DNA of 64,000 nt from Candidatus Saccharimonadales bacterium (GTDB lineage Bacteria > Patescibacteriota > Saccharimonadia > Saccharimonadales > EFPC-124): NCBI GenBank assembly GCA_035457485.1, contig DATIBO010000006.1, forward strand, positions 818,659 to 882,658. The letters run 5' to 3'. Below the pieces are notes generated by a model. That model made no database searches and was not told the DNA's origin. It saw nothing but the letters and a program-made list of their open reading frames with translations. Of the stretch, positions 1 to 9,137 are shown one piece after another (the stretch's first letter is position 1; each line of letters starts with the position of its first letter). The translations under genes and the position numbers were made by a program.

Positions 1-997
1 AAGATAATGTCATTTCGCTGTATTCACCAGCCCAACCATAGTTATATTGACTAACGTAAATACTGGCGCCTCCATCAAGAACGGCTTCAACATACATTGC
101 GTGGCCGTAAGGACCGCTCATACTTATTGCCACGGCTCCGGCCTTTGGCGTGCTACCAGTTGCAATTCCGTCGGCTGCTGCACTAGATGGCCATTGGTTA
201 GCGTTACCACGACCACCCCAATAAGGCATGTAGCGCCCTGATTGATAGACTTTCCAGGCGGTATAGCTTACGCACTCGCGGTTATACATCCCCCAGCTAT
301 CCACTAAGCTGTCGATCGGAGCATTATGCCAAACCGATGGATATCCACCACGGCCAGGATCCCCGGCAACAATGTTACCACCCACATTTTTACGGTTGGC
401 GGCCGCCTGTTGAGCACGAAGCTCGGCGATCCTAGAGTTACGTTCCTTACTAAGCTCCTGGTATGCTGCCTCTTGGCCTTGAGTTTGGGCCAAAAGCTGT
501 GCTTGTTGCTGTTCCTTCGCGACAAGTGTCTCTTTTTGCTTTTTTTGGTCTTCTAGTTTCTGCTCAACCGCAACTTTTTGGCCGTCTAACTGAGTACGTA
601 GATCCCTAATACTAGAGATATTTTTTTGAACCTGTGCCCTAATTTGTTCGCGATATTCTTGTTTATCAATAAAATCAGAAATACTTTTTGAGGATGCGAC
701 TATTTCGAGTGGCGAAATTGAGCTCTCAAGGTACATCGATCGCAAATTGCCAGCTAAAAGCTTCATCTGATTCTGCAAACGCTGCTCAGTTAAAACTATT
801 TCGTTTTGTAAACGGGCAAGCTCTGCTTCGTTGAGTTCAATCTGTTTTTGAATCGTGTTTCGCTCGGCTTGCAATGCACCGATTTCGTTTTGCAGTGTGT
901 CCGACGTCTCACGCAAACGGCCAGCTTCCGCCTGGTAACCGGAAATTTCATTTTCTAACGCCTTAATCTGCTCATCAAAGCTGTCAGCTGCCACCAT
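1..997 (-). CDS. Secreted coiled-coil + C-terminal CHAP-domain peptidoglycan hydrolase (PcsB-like), 3' end runs off the window
   Basis: My own translation of the minus strand is open from ATG 997 to nt 2; it is not in the ORF track because no stop lies in the window. The N-terminal ~200 aa are heptad-like and Q/E/L/K-rich. The C-terminus has CHAP-like Cys (NRECVSYTAWKV) and His (GHAMYVEAV) motifs. It lies directly downstream of ftsE-ftsX on the same strand. The true start is ambiguous (ATG 997, TTG 1048, or ATG 1059 plus a frameshift; see findings). Confidence 0.7.
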   Translation of the reverse strand, partial: MVAADSFDEQIKALENEISGYQAEAGRLRETSDTLQNEIGALQAERNTIQKQIELNEAELARLQNEIVLTEQRLQNQMKLLAGNLRSMYLESSISPLEIVASSKSISDFIDKQEYREQIRAQVQKNISSIRDLRTQLDGQKVAVEQKLEDQKKQKETLVAKEQQQAQLLAQTQGQEAAYQELSKERNSRIAELRAQQAAANRKNVGGNIVAGDPGRGGYPSVWHNAPIDSLVDSWGMYNRECVSYTAWKVYQSGRYMPYWGGRGNANQWPSSAAADGIATGSTPKAGAVAISMSGPYGHAMYVEAVLDGGASIYVSQYNYGWAGEYSEMTLS

Positions 998-1258
998 TTT
1001 TACTGGTACTACAGTACTTAAGACTAGGGCGAATAAAAACAATGCCCAAATTTTTTGCATAAAAAATCTTCTATTCACAGTTTAAGCATATCCTTTTTAT
1101 CTAAAGAACGTCAAGCCACCCGAACGACTTGAACTATTTAGTGCAATCTGTCGAACTAAAGAAATAAATCAAAACCAGTATTCTGCGGCTTTGAATCGAT
1201 CGCCATCATCGCCCTATCGCGATCGGACATCCCCGTTTCACCACGATATTCACTCATA

Positions 1259-2188
1259 CTAAAGCTTTAAGTACCGTCTTATCGCCAAGAAGGATGATAT
1301 AACGCCAATCATAATGCCCACACCTAACAAGGCCGAGAAAATCACAATTGGCCAGTTAGCAAAAACTGCCAAAGTATGAGATACCTCAATGTCGTAGTTT
1401 GTTAAGTTGGGTCCCACAGTTAGGAGCACACCGTACATTAAAACTATTGTAATTATTGCAGCAAACACGCCATATAGCGATGCCTCTACGATGAACGGAC
1501 CTCGAATAAAGTTTTTGCTCGCACCGATTAATTTCATAATTTCGATCTCGTCACGACGATTGAAGATCGCCATACGGATTGTGTTAAAAATTATCATAAT
1601 TGAAAGCGTAACAAACACAACCAAAGCCACTATTCCGGCAATCTCCGAAAACTTAGCCGCCCGTGCAATTGTATCTATAGCCGCCCGGCGCTCACCCGAA
1701 ATAGAAGCTGGCTCAGACTGAAGTGGTGTATAATCCACACTATTAACTAGTGTGCTAATTTCATCCAGTCGATCTGGATCATTTGTATAAATACGTAAAC
1801 TTGCAGGGAAAGGATTAGTTTCGCCCAGTTCGCCCAGAGCTTCAAGTTGCTCAAAGTAGGCCTTGTTTTGATCTTTAAAAACGTCGCGAGCTTGAGCTTT
1901 GCTTATATAGTCAACGTTTGTGACGATTTCCAGCCCTTTAATAGCAGCAACAAAATTATCACGCTGCTCGTCTGTTATTTCGTCAGACAAATAAACTGAA
2001 ACATCAATTTTTTCCCGAATTTTACTCAAAGTGTCGTTAAAGACCATACGCGCAGTAAAAGTTGTAAGTAAAATCATTAAAGTTACGACCATTACGATTG
2101 TCGCTGCCGTACTCAACCATGCGTTACGTGTAAAGCTACTAAAGCCATACCTGCAAATTCTTAAAAATGTGATCCAGCTTCTTTTCAT
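1259..2188 (-). CDS. ftsX: Cell-division ABC transporter permease-like protein FtsX
   Basis: 309 aa. It has an N-terminal TM, a large extracytoplasmic loop and 3 C-terminal TMs. Its start overlaps the ftsE stop (ATGA at 2188). Confidence 0.85.
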   Translation of the reverse strand: MKRSWITFLRICRYGFSSFTRNAWLSTAATIVMVVTLMILLTTFTARMVFNDTLSKIREKIDVSVYLSDEITDEQRDNFVAAIKGLEIVTNVDYISKAQARDVFKDQNKAYFEQLEALGELGETNPFPASLRIYTNDPDRLDEISTLVNSVDYTPLQSEPASISGERRAAIDTIARAAKFSEIAGIVALVVFVTLSIMIIFNTIRMAIFNRRDEIEIMKLIGASKNFIRGPFIVEASLYGVFAAIITIVLMYGVLLTVGPNLTNYDIEVSHTLAVFANWPIVIFSALLGVGIMIGVISSFLAIRRYLKL

Positions 2189-2880
2189 TATTTACCCTGT
2201 TGGTAAGCGCCTTGAGCGACATCAGCCACAACTTTGCCATAGTCCATTGTAATAACACGGCGCTTTAATTTATTTACTATTTCTTGATTGTGCGTAGTTA
2301 AAATTACAGTAGTCCCGTATCGATTAATTTTCTCTAGTAGTCGAACAATATCCCAGCTGTGCTTAGGGTCAAGATTGCCAGTCGGTTCGTCAGCAAGCAG
2401 GATTTTAGGTTGCCGCACAACCGCGCGTGCAATAGCAACGCGTTGTCGCTCACCACCCGAGAGTTCACCCGGAAATTTATCTTCTTTACCCTTTAGGCCT
2501 ACCAATTCGATCACCTTAGGCACTGTGTTTTTGATTTCACGATTACTCATACCGGCAATTTCTAGCGCAAAAGCAACATTTTCAAAGACAGTGCGTTGGC
2601 TCAGTAGCTTAAAATCCTGAAAAACCACCCCTATTTTGCGACGCAAAAGTGGCACATCGCGATCGCGCAAGGTATCGTAGTCTATTCCCCCAACCACAAT
2701 TTTACCGCTAGTTGGCTTTTCTTCGCGGGTCAAAAGTTTGAGCAAAGTAGACTTGCCGGCGCCACTAGTACCAACTATAATCACGAATTCTTTTGGCTCA
2801 ATATGCAAGCTCACCCTACTTATTGCCGGCTGCTTGCTATCTTTGCCGAATACCTTAGTTACCCTGTCTAACAAAATCAT
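2188..2880 (-). CDS. ftsE: Cell-division ABC transporter ATP-binding protein FtsE
   Basis: Walker A GTSGAGKST, ABC signature LSGGERQRVAIARA, Walker B ILLADEPTGNLD. Translationally coupled to ftsX. Confidence 0.9.
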   Translation of the reverse strand: MILLDRVTKVFGKDSKQPAISRVSLHIEPKEFVIIVGTSGAGKSTLLKLLTREEKPTSGKIVVGGIDYDTLRDRDVPLLRRKIGVVFQDFKLLSQRTVFENVAFALEIAGMSNREIKNTVPKVIELVGLKGKEDKFPGELSGGERQRVAIARAVVRQPKILLADEPTGNLDPKHSWDIVRLLEKINRYGTTVILTTHNQEIVNKLKRRVITMDYGKVVADVAQGAYQQGK

Positions 2881-2920
2881 TAGTAATTATTGTATCACCT
2901 GCTTAGCTTAAGCGTAAACT

Positions 2921-3883
2921 TTATAGCAGCCAAAGCGCCAGTAGCAAATAGACAGTAACGCTAATCGCATCTTGAAAGGCCGTCGCCAAAGGGCCGCTCC
3001 CAAGGGCCGGATCTTTACCGAGCCTCTTAAATATAATAGGAATAATTGTTGCCAAAACTGCAGCAATTGAGCTTGCCAAAAACAAGGCCGTTGCAACAAC
3101 AATACCAACCTGCAATGAGTGCGCGATTAAACTAGCGCCCACTCCGCCCAAGACTCCAACCATCGCACCAAGAACAATTCCTACTGAAAGTTCGCGTAAC
3201 AAGTACATTCTAAAGTCAATTTTTAAAGTGGCTATCGCTCTGATTGCAATGGTTTCAGACTGCGTTCCTACCGAATCAGCGATATATGCTATTACCGGCA
3301 CGAAGAACGCAATAGCAACATTGGTTTTAAGCGACTCTTCGAACAAACTGGTTATAAAACCCAACCCCAAGCCCACCGATAAGCCAAAAAGTAGCCAAGG
3401 AGCTCGCGACTTAACCACTCTGAAAGTTCGCTCTGTCGCGAGCTTGATAATGCCAGAACCTTTACTGCGAATACCTGCCGTGATTAAGGTATCCTCGACA
3501 TGCTCGTCATGCATGACATCGATTATGCTGTGAGCCGTCACGACGCCCATAAGTTGGCCTTGATTATCGACTACTGGGATCGAAATTACATCCTCTTTTA
3601 TCGCGTGGTAGACGGCTTTTTCCTGATCATCTTTAGGGTTTAGAGTATAGCTTGCCGGCAACATGATTTCGCTAGCTTTTGTTGCTGGTCCAGCCCTAAA
3701 AAGCGCCCACATGTGCACAACACCGCGCAATTTATTCTTAGAATCTACAACATAAACGTTGTGAGTACTGTCCCACTTTTTGCCCGAAAGCATTTTTATA
3801 ATATCTGTTCTTGAGTCACCCAAACCACATGTAGGCAATTTTGTGGCCATGATGCTTCCTACTGATTCTGGAGCGTAAGTCAT
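2921..3883 (-). CDS. mgtE: MgtE-family divalent-cation (Mg2+) transporter, short form (CBS pair + TM domain, no N-domain)
   Basis: CBS-like N-terminal half followed by 5 TMs. MgtE-like motifs include IADSVGTQSETIAIRA and GPLATAFQDAISV. Confidence 0.7.
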   Translation of the reverse strand: MTYAPESVGSIMATKLPTCGLGDSRTDIIKMLSGKKWDSTHNVYVVDSKNKLRGVVHMWALFRAGPATKASEIMLPASYTLNPKDDQEKAVYHAIKEDVISIPVVDNQGQLMGVVTAHSIIDVMHDEHVEDTLITAGIRSKGSGIIKLATERTFRVVKSRAPWLLFGLSVGLGLGFITSLFEESLKTNVAIAFFVPVIAYIADSVGTQSETIAIRAIATLKIDFRMYLLRELSVGIVLGAMVGVLGGVGASLIAHSLQVGIVVATALFLASSIAAVLATIIPIIFKRLGKDPALGSGPLATAFQDAISVTVYLLLALWLL

Positions 3884-3948
3884 AAGATATAATTAGTATA
3901 CATTAAAAAACACTAATGTATTACGATTTTAAATTCTCGCCTGACTTA

Positions 3949-5025
3949 CTAACCCAGATTTAAATATGCCTCAATAAACCCGTCGATCTCGCCATCCAAG
4001 ACTTTTTGAGCATCCCGTTCTTCGTGGCCGTTACGAGTGTCTTTCACCAACGTGTACGGATGTAGGACATAATTACGAATCTGCGCCCCCCATTCGGCAG
4101 ATTTTGTCGGACCTTTAAGCTCATTGAGCTTTTTATTATGCTGTTCGATCTGTAGTTGAGCAAGCTTGGAGCGCAGAATTTTAAGTGCAGTGTCTTTGTT
4201 TTGCAACTGGCTGCGCTCGTTTTGGATTGCGACAACAATTCCAGTTGGGATGTGTGTAACTCTCACTGCGCTATCAGTTGTATTAACACTTTGACCACCT
4301 TTGCCGCCAGATCTATAAACATCTATCCTAAGATCGGAATCGTCGATATGGACTTCTTCGGGGGTGTCGATCTGGGGCAAGACCTCAACTAACGCAAAAC
4401 TTGTCTGGCGTAAATTATCAGAGTTAAATGGGCTCAAACGCACTAATCTATGAACGCCGTGTTCGCCTTTTAGTTTTCCGTAAGCATAAGGCCCACTAAC
4501 ACTTATAGTTGCGCTTTTTAAACCAGCCTCTTCGCCGGGCGATTCTTCGATTAGTTCAGTCTTCATACCTGAATGCTCACCCCAACGCAAATACATGCGT
4601 TCGAGCATTTGCGTCCAGTCTTGGGCATCTGTTCCGCCAGCACCGGCACTCAAACGCAAAATTGCATCACGATCATCATATTTGCCTGAAAACTGCAAAG
4701 TGAACTGTAATTTTTTATAGTCTGTTTGTGCAGACACAAGTTGCTGTTTAAGTTCTTGTTTTATCGTTTGGTCATCTTCTTTTGCAAGCTCCACGATTTC
4801 TTGCACGTCGTTTTTAAGCTTGACCCATGGTTCAATTTGATCCTTAATTTTTGCCAATCGCTTAGTAACTTCTTGCGCTTTTAAGTTATCTTGCCAAAAA
4901 TCTGGCTCAGCAATTAGTTCGCGCAGCTCCTCTAACTCGATCTGACGTTCATTTAAATCAAGCTTTTTAAAAGCAATGTCAATATTTTTTAAAAGCTCGG
5001 CGGCCTGTTTTTCGATCTCGTCCAT
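3949..5025 (-). CDS. prfB: Peptide chain release factor 2
   Basis: SPF tripeptide (RLSPFNS) and GGQ motif ([18 protein letters not shown]). It is a single uninterrupted 358-aa ORF with no +1 frameshift site. Confidence 0.9.
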   Translation of the reverse strand: MDEIEKQAAELLKNIDIAFKKLDLNERQIELEELRELIAEPDFWQDNLKAQEVTKRLAKIKDQIEPWVKLKNDVQEIVELAKEDDQTIKQELKQQLVSAQTDYKKLQFTLQFSGKYDDRDAILRLSAGAGGTDAQDWTQMLERMYLRWGEHSGMKTELIEESPGEEAGLKSATISVSGPYAYGKLKGEHGVHRLVRLSPFNSDNLRQTSFALVEVLPQIDTPEEVHIDDSDLRIDVYRSGGKGGQSVNTTDSAVRVTHIPTGIVVAIQNERSQLQNKDTALKILRSKLAQLQIEQHNKKLNELKGPTKSAEWGAQIRNYVLHPYTLVKDTRNGHEERDAQKVLDGEIDGFIEAYLNLG

Positions 5026-5039
5026 AAAATAATTATACG

Positions 5040-6392
5040 CTAATCTATAAAATCAGCGGCAGCGTCAAATTCGGTAGGTACTAGGTGGTTTTTGCTCTTA
5101 GAAAACACATACTCCTGCTGAGACTTTGTCGGTAGAGCTGATTCCGGTATTTCGGCCAACATATTAACTACAACTGGTGTATTCTGCCAATCGGACTTTT
5201 TGGCAGCCAATAGTAACGCCGTGCGTGATTCTTCTATCTCGCCCACACACTCCAGTGGCTTATGGCCTTTTATCCCTAATAATTCCCTAAAACCATCAAG
5301 CTGAGTTTCGTCGTCAAATAAATTCTTTTTAAAAATGCTTTCTAACTGACGATCCGACATATACGGCGCCAGCATTAAAAACACGAATCGGCATTTATCG
5401 CACTCACCACACCAAGTTCGACGTCGCGCAGGATCTAGAAAAAACGCACGATTACAACTTGTAAAAACACTATGGTATTTTAAAAGTTCAGAAAACTTTC
5501 TAACCACGCGTAGTTCCGAAAACGGCCTAAGTAGCGAAAAATATTTAATATTAGGCGAAACAACCTGCCTGATAGTTTCGCTAATTAGCTTTTCGGCTGT
5601 TAAACTTTTTGACCATTGATGGTTAACGTCTATGCCTTCCCAAATAACGTTTCCGACCGACGCCGAACGCTCGTTAGAAAAAACCACACTCGCAGAACCG
5701 TTCAAAATTGCCGATATCAGCGCTGCACAAGAATTTATAGCCGTAACCGGTACGTGGCCGTTAAGACCACCGTCCCTGTTAATCTTGACTAATTCTGAGC
5801 TGATCTTGCGCGTCACAAGCACGTAAGGCAATTGAGCGGTCTCTACCGTTTTAGTTATCGGTTCAAAAGAATTTACTGAAAATAAAGTAGGCTTAAAGCC
5901 TGCCGATTTTAAAGCTTCAAGAGTGACTATAGAATCTTTGCCACCACCCACAGGCACGATTGGTCCATTTTTAAAATCGGATAGCGCTACCGAGTCAAGT
6001 TCGACAATTTTTTTGGCAACAATCTTTGGTTCTAACGAACTTAAAAGTTTATTGACATATGCAAACTCAGTCAAACCATTTTTGATAAGTTTCTTTAAAA
6101 ATATAATCTCTTGCTCGGCTACTGGTGTTAGCACGGTTAAAACTGGCGGAGCTGCTGCTTTATAGTAGCTTAGGCCGGCCGCCAAAAATAATAAACCGGC
6201 AGCTTTTTCTACTGCACGGCGCACTTTAGAGTCTTTTGCATTTTCGATATTCGGAAAGATAAATACTTCGGTAAAATCCCATTTTGCCTGATCAGCGACT
6301 AAACTGTAGTTTAAGTTTAGTTGGCCAGTAACAAAATCAAAATCGTAAGAAGAATAAACACATTCAGTTATATTTTTTGGATCAAAATTCAT
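5040..6392 (-). CDS. PP-loop-like ATP-utilising enzyme, candidate UDP-MurNAc-L-Ala-L-Glu epimerase (MurL-like)
   Basis: 450 aa. It has a PP-loop-like motif PVGGGKDS and the C-terminal motif CGECDKCRF. Its start overlaps the murD stop by 4 nt (6389-6392). The MurL assignment comes from my memory of the MurD2/MurL family and from gene context, not from a search. Confidence 0.5.
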   Translation of the reverse strand: MNFDPKNITECVYSSYDFDFVTGQLNLNYSLVADQAKWDFTEVFIFPNIENAKDSKVRRAVEKAAGLLFLAAGLSYYKAAAPPVLTVLTPVAEQEIIFLKKLIKNGLTEFAYVNKLLSSLEPKIVAKKIVELDSVALSDFKNGPIVPVGGGKDSIVTLEALKSAGFKPTLFSVNSFEPITKTVETAQLPYVLVTRKISSELVKINRDGGLNGHVPVTAINSCAALISAILNGSASVVFSNERSASVGNVIWEGIDVNHQWSKSLTAEKLISETIRQVVSPNIKYFSLLRPFSELRVVRKFSELLKYHSVFTSCNRAFFLDPARRRTWCGECDKCRFVFLMLAPYMSDRQLESIFKKNLFDDETQLDGFRELLGIKGHKPLECVGEIEESRTALLLAAKKSDWQNTPVVVNMLAEIPESALPTKSQQEYVFSKSKNHLVPTEFDAAADFID

Positions 6393-7678
6393 AACAATTC
6401 TACCTCACGCTTAAATTGTTCGCCCCTGTCTGTAAAATCTTTGAACATATCAAAACTCGGCGCGCCGGGCGACAAAATAACCACATCGCCAGGTTGAGCG
6501 CTTTCGCTACATTTTTTTACAATTTGCGCCATTGTAACTTTGTCGCCCAAAACTTCAATTTTGTTGGTCGCGCCTTGGTCGGCAAAAATTTTTTGCAATT
6601 TAGCCGAAGTATGGCCGATCAACAAAGCCTTTTTCAAACCAGATTTTAAAACTCGTTGGGCCATTCCATCTAAGCTAAGGTTTCTGTCGAAACCTCCCAA
6701 CACCATAACTTTTGGCTCGCTAAAAGCTTGAGCAGCTACAACTGCCGCGCCCGGAGCCGACGAAAAACTATCGTCGTAGTATTTAACCCCACCCACTTCG
6801 CGGACCAGCTCTATCCTATGCGGCAGCCCTGTAAAATCTTGAATCGCCTGTTTAAGCGCAGTAGCATTTTGAACAATTTGCCAACTAGCCGTCAGGGCAG
6901 CGCAAATATTTTCTATGTTGTGCTTGCCGGGAACTTTTACGTCGCCCAGCTTGCAAATAAAAGTTTGGCCAACAAAAATATCATCACCCTTCACATGCGC
7001 TGCCTGCATCGATCCGTAAGCAATCTTTTTGCCCGCCGACATATTTGCAATTCGCTCTGAAACATCGTTTTTAGGATTGTAAATAACAACATCATCAGGT
7101 TTTTGCCATTTTGCAATATTGGCTTTGGCGGTCATGTATTCTTCAAAATCTTTGTGAACATCAAGATGCTCAGGCTCTATCATCAAAACAACAGCAATGT
7201 GCGGACTAATATTTAAGTCCCAAAGTTGAAAACTGCTCAGTTCTAAAACTACAACATGATCGCTTTTTATGTCAGGCAACAAATCTAACATTGGCATACC
7301 AATATTGCCCGCCAGGTGAGTTTTTATTCCAGCCTTTTGCAGTAAATCATAAATTAAGGTAGATGTCGTGCCCTTGCCTTTAGTGCCCGTGACGCCAATT
7401 ATTGGCGCCGGGCAAACTTTAAAAAATTCACGAGTTGCCGAAGTTATTTGACCATCGGTTTTTATCTTACTGGGCCGCAAAGCTGGCACTCGCATAATAA
7501 TATCGTAGCCATGAAGTTGGCTTAGTGCACCTTTACCGGCTATCAAAGTTACTCCATCGGGCACAGAAAGCTTTGGGTTGTCGCTTTCGTCGAAAATCGT
7601 AATATCTGCGCCTTTGGCATCCCAATATTTATAAGCGCTCTCGCCTTCTACTCCGTAACCGACGATCGCTACTTTCAT
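6389..7678 (-). CDS. murD: UDP-N-acetylmuramoyl-L-alanine--glutamate ligase (MurD; possibly the L-Glu-adding MurD2 type)
   Basis: Mur-ligase P-loop GVTGTKGKGTT, an N-terminal Rossmann-like MKVAIVGYGVEG, and 429 aa length. Confidence 0.8.
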   Translation of the reverse strand: MKVAIVGYGVEGESAYKYWDAKGADITIFDESDNPKLSVPDGVTLIAGKGALSQLHGYDIIMRVPALRPSKIKTDGQITSATREFFKVCPAPIIGVTGTKGKGTTSTLIYDLLQKAGIKTHLAGNIGMPMLDLLPDIKSDHVVVLELSSFQLWDLNISPHIAVVLMIEPEHLDVHKDFEEYMTAKANIAKWQKPDDVVIYNPKNDVSERIANMSAGKKIAYGSMQAAHVKGDDIFVGQTFICKLGDVKVPGKHNIENICAALTASWQIVQNATALKQAIQDFTGLPHRIELVREVGGVKYYDDSFSSAPGAAVVAAQAFSEPKVMVLGGFDRNLSLDGMAQRVLKSGLKKALLIGHTSAKLQKIFADQGATNKIEVLGDKVTMAQIVKKCSESAQPGDVVILSPGAPSFDMFKDFTDRGEQFKREVELL

Positions 7679-8961
7679 TCAAATAACCCTCCGAGCTGGT
7701 TATGCAAATCTTTAAGTTGGCTTTCAGAAACACTTCCAAGACCGCCAAACGCCCAACGCTTACCACCAATCATATCTTCGGTAGCTTTTATAATTGTCGG
7801 CTTGTCGACTGCGGCAATCGCTTGCGGACGATTACTATAGTCATCAATATAACCATCAAAATAATAGCGACGCGCATACCAACTTGCGATCGAGCTAACT
7901 GTTTGACAACCCATCTGATGTTTGCCTAGCGCAAACTTTTTAGCGGCTTCGATATCCGCCTGAGGAAGGCTTCCGTCTAAAACTTTATTAATTTCTTCTT
8001 TTACAATGTCAAAAAGCTTGGGCGCATTTTTTATGCTGACCTGACCACCAAAGTCCCATTCGCTAGCTGAGTCGCTAACTACAAAATCTGACCACATTGA
8101 ATAAACCAAACCTTTTTCGCGTGCGCGTCCCAAGATCGCTGAGTGCAAAGTCCCAGTTTGCATATGATTTAACGCACTCATGGCATCGAGTTCGTTGTCG
8201 GGCAAGCGCCAGTTCGCCTGAATACTTAGCCCAAACATAATATTTTCTACATCTTTGCGCACAATATGAATTGGTTGCACAGCACCCACAAGCTCTTCAC
8301 GCTTTAATCCGTAACGCTCGCCACGTGGTAAATCCCATTTTTCGAGCAACTTTAAAATCTGTTGTTTGCGGTCTTCTTTTAAGTTTCCCACAATTATAAA
8401 ACGTAAGTTATCGGTTGTGTGAGTTCGTTTGTAATGCTCTTTTATGTCTTTTAATTTAACTTTGGGCATTAGTTTTACGCGTTCTTCATCAGTAAAAAAG
8501 CGTTCGCCACTTTCTTGACCAATCCGCTGCCATAGCACGCGCGAATAGTTATTCAGGTAGCCTGTTAGCTCTTCTTTAACGTTGCCGTACTCGGCGTCGA
8601 ATTCACTTGGCAAAAAAAGTGGCTTTGTAATTGCGAGACGCAGTAAGTTTAAAACGCGGTCCCATTCAAAATCGGCGCAGTCGGCATTATATCGTAGGCT
8701 GGCTGGGCTAGTACTAGCGTTACTGTAGGCGCCGTTTTTTTCGAGTTCGGCGTTAAACTGACGTGAGTTCGGAAAATCCTCGTTTGCGCCTAGAACCATG
8801 TGCTCCATAATGTGCGGAGTTTCGTAGATTTGTTCACTTGTACAATAATCGTAGCCTGCTCTAAATTCAAAATCGAAACTCATTACGGTGGCGTTAGGAA
8901 CGTGAATCAAAAGCCCACGACTACCATTGTTTAAAACTACTTCTTCGGGTGTGTGTTTCAT
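7675..8961 (-). CDS. M16-family (pitrilysin/insulinase-like) zinc peptidase
   Basis: Inverted zinc motif HxxEH (HIMEH). The stop overlaps the murD start (7675-7678). I place the start at ATG 8961 (MKHTPEEVVLNNG...). The track ORF extends to 9099, but only by reading through the GC-rich hairpin of the neighbouring foreign cassette. Confidence 0.75.
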   Translation of the reverse strand: MKHTPEEVVLNNGSRGLLIHVPNATVMSFDFEFRAGYDYCTSEQIYETPHIMEHMVLGANEDFPNSRQFNAELEKNGAYSNASTSPASLRYNADCADFEWDRVLNLLRLAITKPLFLPSEFDAEYGNVKEELTGYLNNYSRVLWQRIGQESGERFFTDEERVKLMPKVKLKDIKEHYKRTHTTDNLRFIIVGNLKEDRKQQILKLLEKWDLPRGERYGLKREELVGAVQPIHIVRKDVENIMFGLSIQANWRLPDNELDAMSALNHMQTGTLHSAILGRAREKGLVYSMWSDFVVSDSASEWDFGGQVSIKNAPKLFDIVKEEINKVLDGSLPQADIEAAKKFALGKHQMGCQTVSSIASWYARRYYFDGYIDDYSNRPQAIAAVDKPTIIKATEDMIGGKRWAFGGLGSVSESQLKDLHNQLGGLFE

Positions 8962-9075
8962 CGGGCGAGTCCAGTTAAATGCTTTTACTATCGTAACATT
9001 TTTATAGCACTTCGCCCATTGATAAGTTCTCTTACATCCATCCTGGAGCGAGATGTCGCCCGGGAACTTTGGGAT

Positions 9076-9110
9076 GCGCCCGGACAGCAAAGTGAACACT
9101 GCCCGGGCGC
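9076..9110 (-). terminator. GC-rich hairpin 28 nt downstream of the island-1 CDS
   Basis: On the minus-strand RNA, GCGCCCGGGCAG (9110..9099) pairs with CUGUCCGGGCGC (9087..9076). That gives 12 bp including one G-U, with an 11-nt loop and no U-tract. Confidence 0.55.
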
Positions 9111-9137
9111 TGTCAGTTTTGACCGACTGACGACGGT

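Noticed and set aside
8962-9099. N-terminal 46-codon extension of the M16 peptidase ORF in the track
   Set aside because: The extension reads through the GC-rich hairpin and 3' UTR of island 1. The conserved-looking protein begins at MKHTPEEVVLNNG. Similar spurious upstream extensions were trimmed for frr (26867-26950), secA (12691-12744), lysS (22229-22279), greA (22777-22848), tsf (28119-28169), rpmE (30601-30738) and nrdR (49302-49319).
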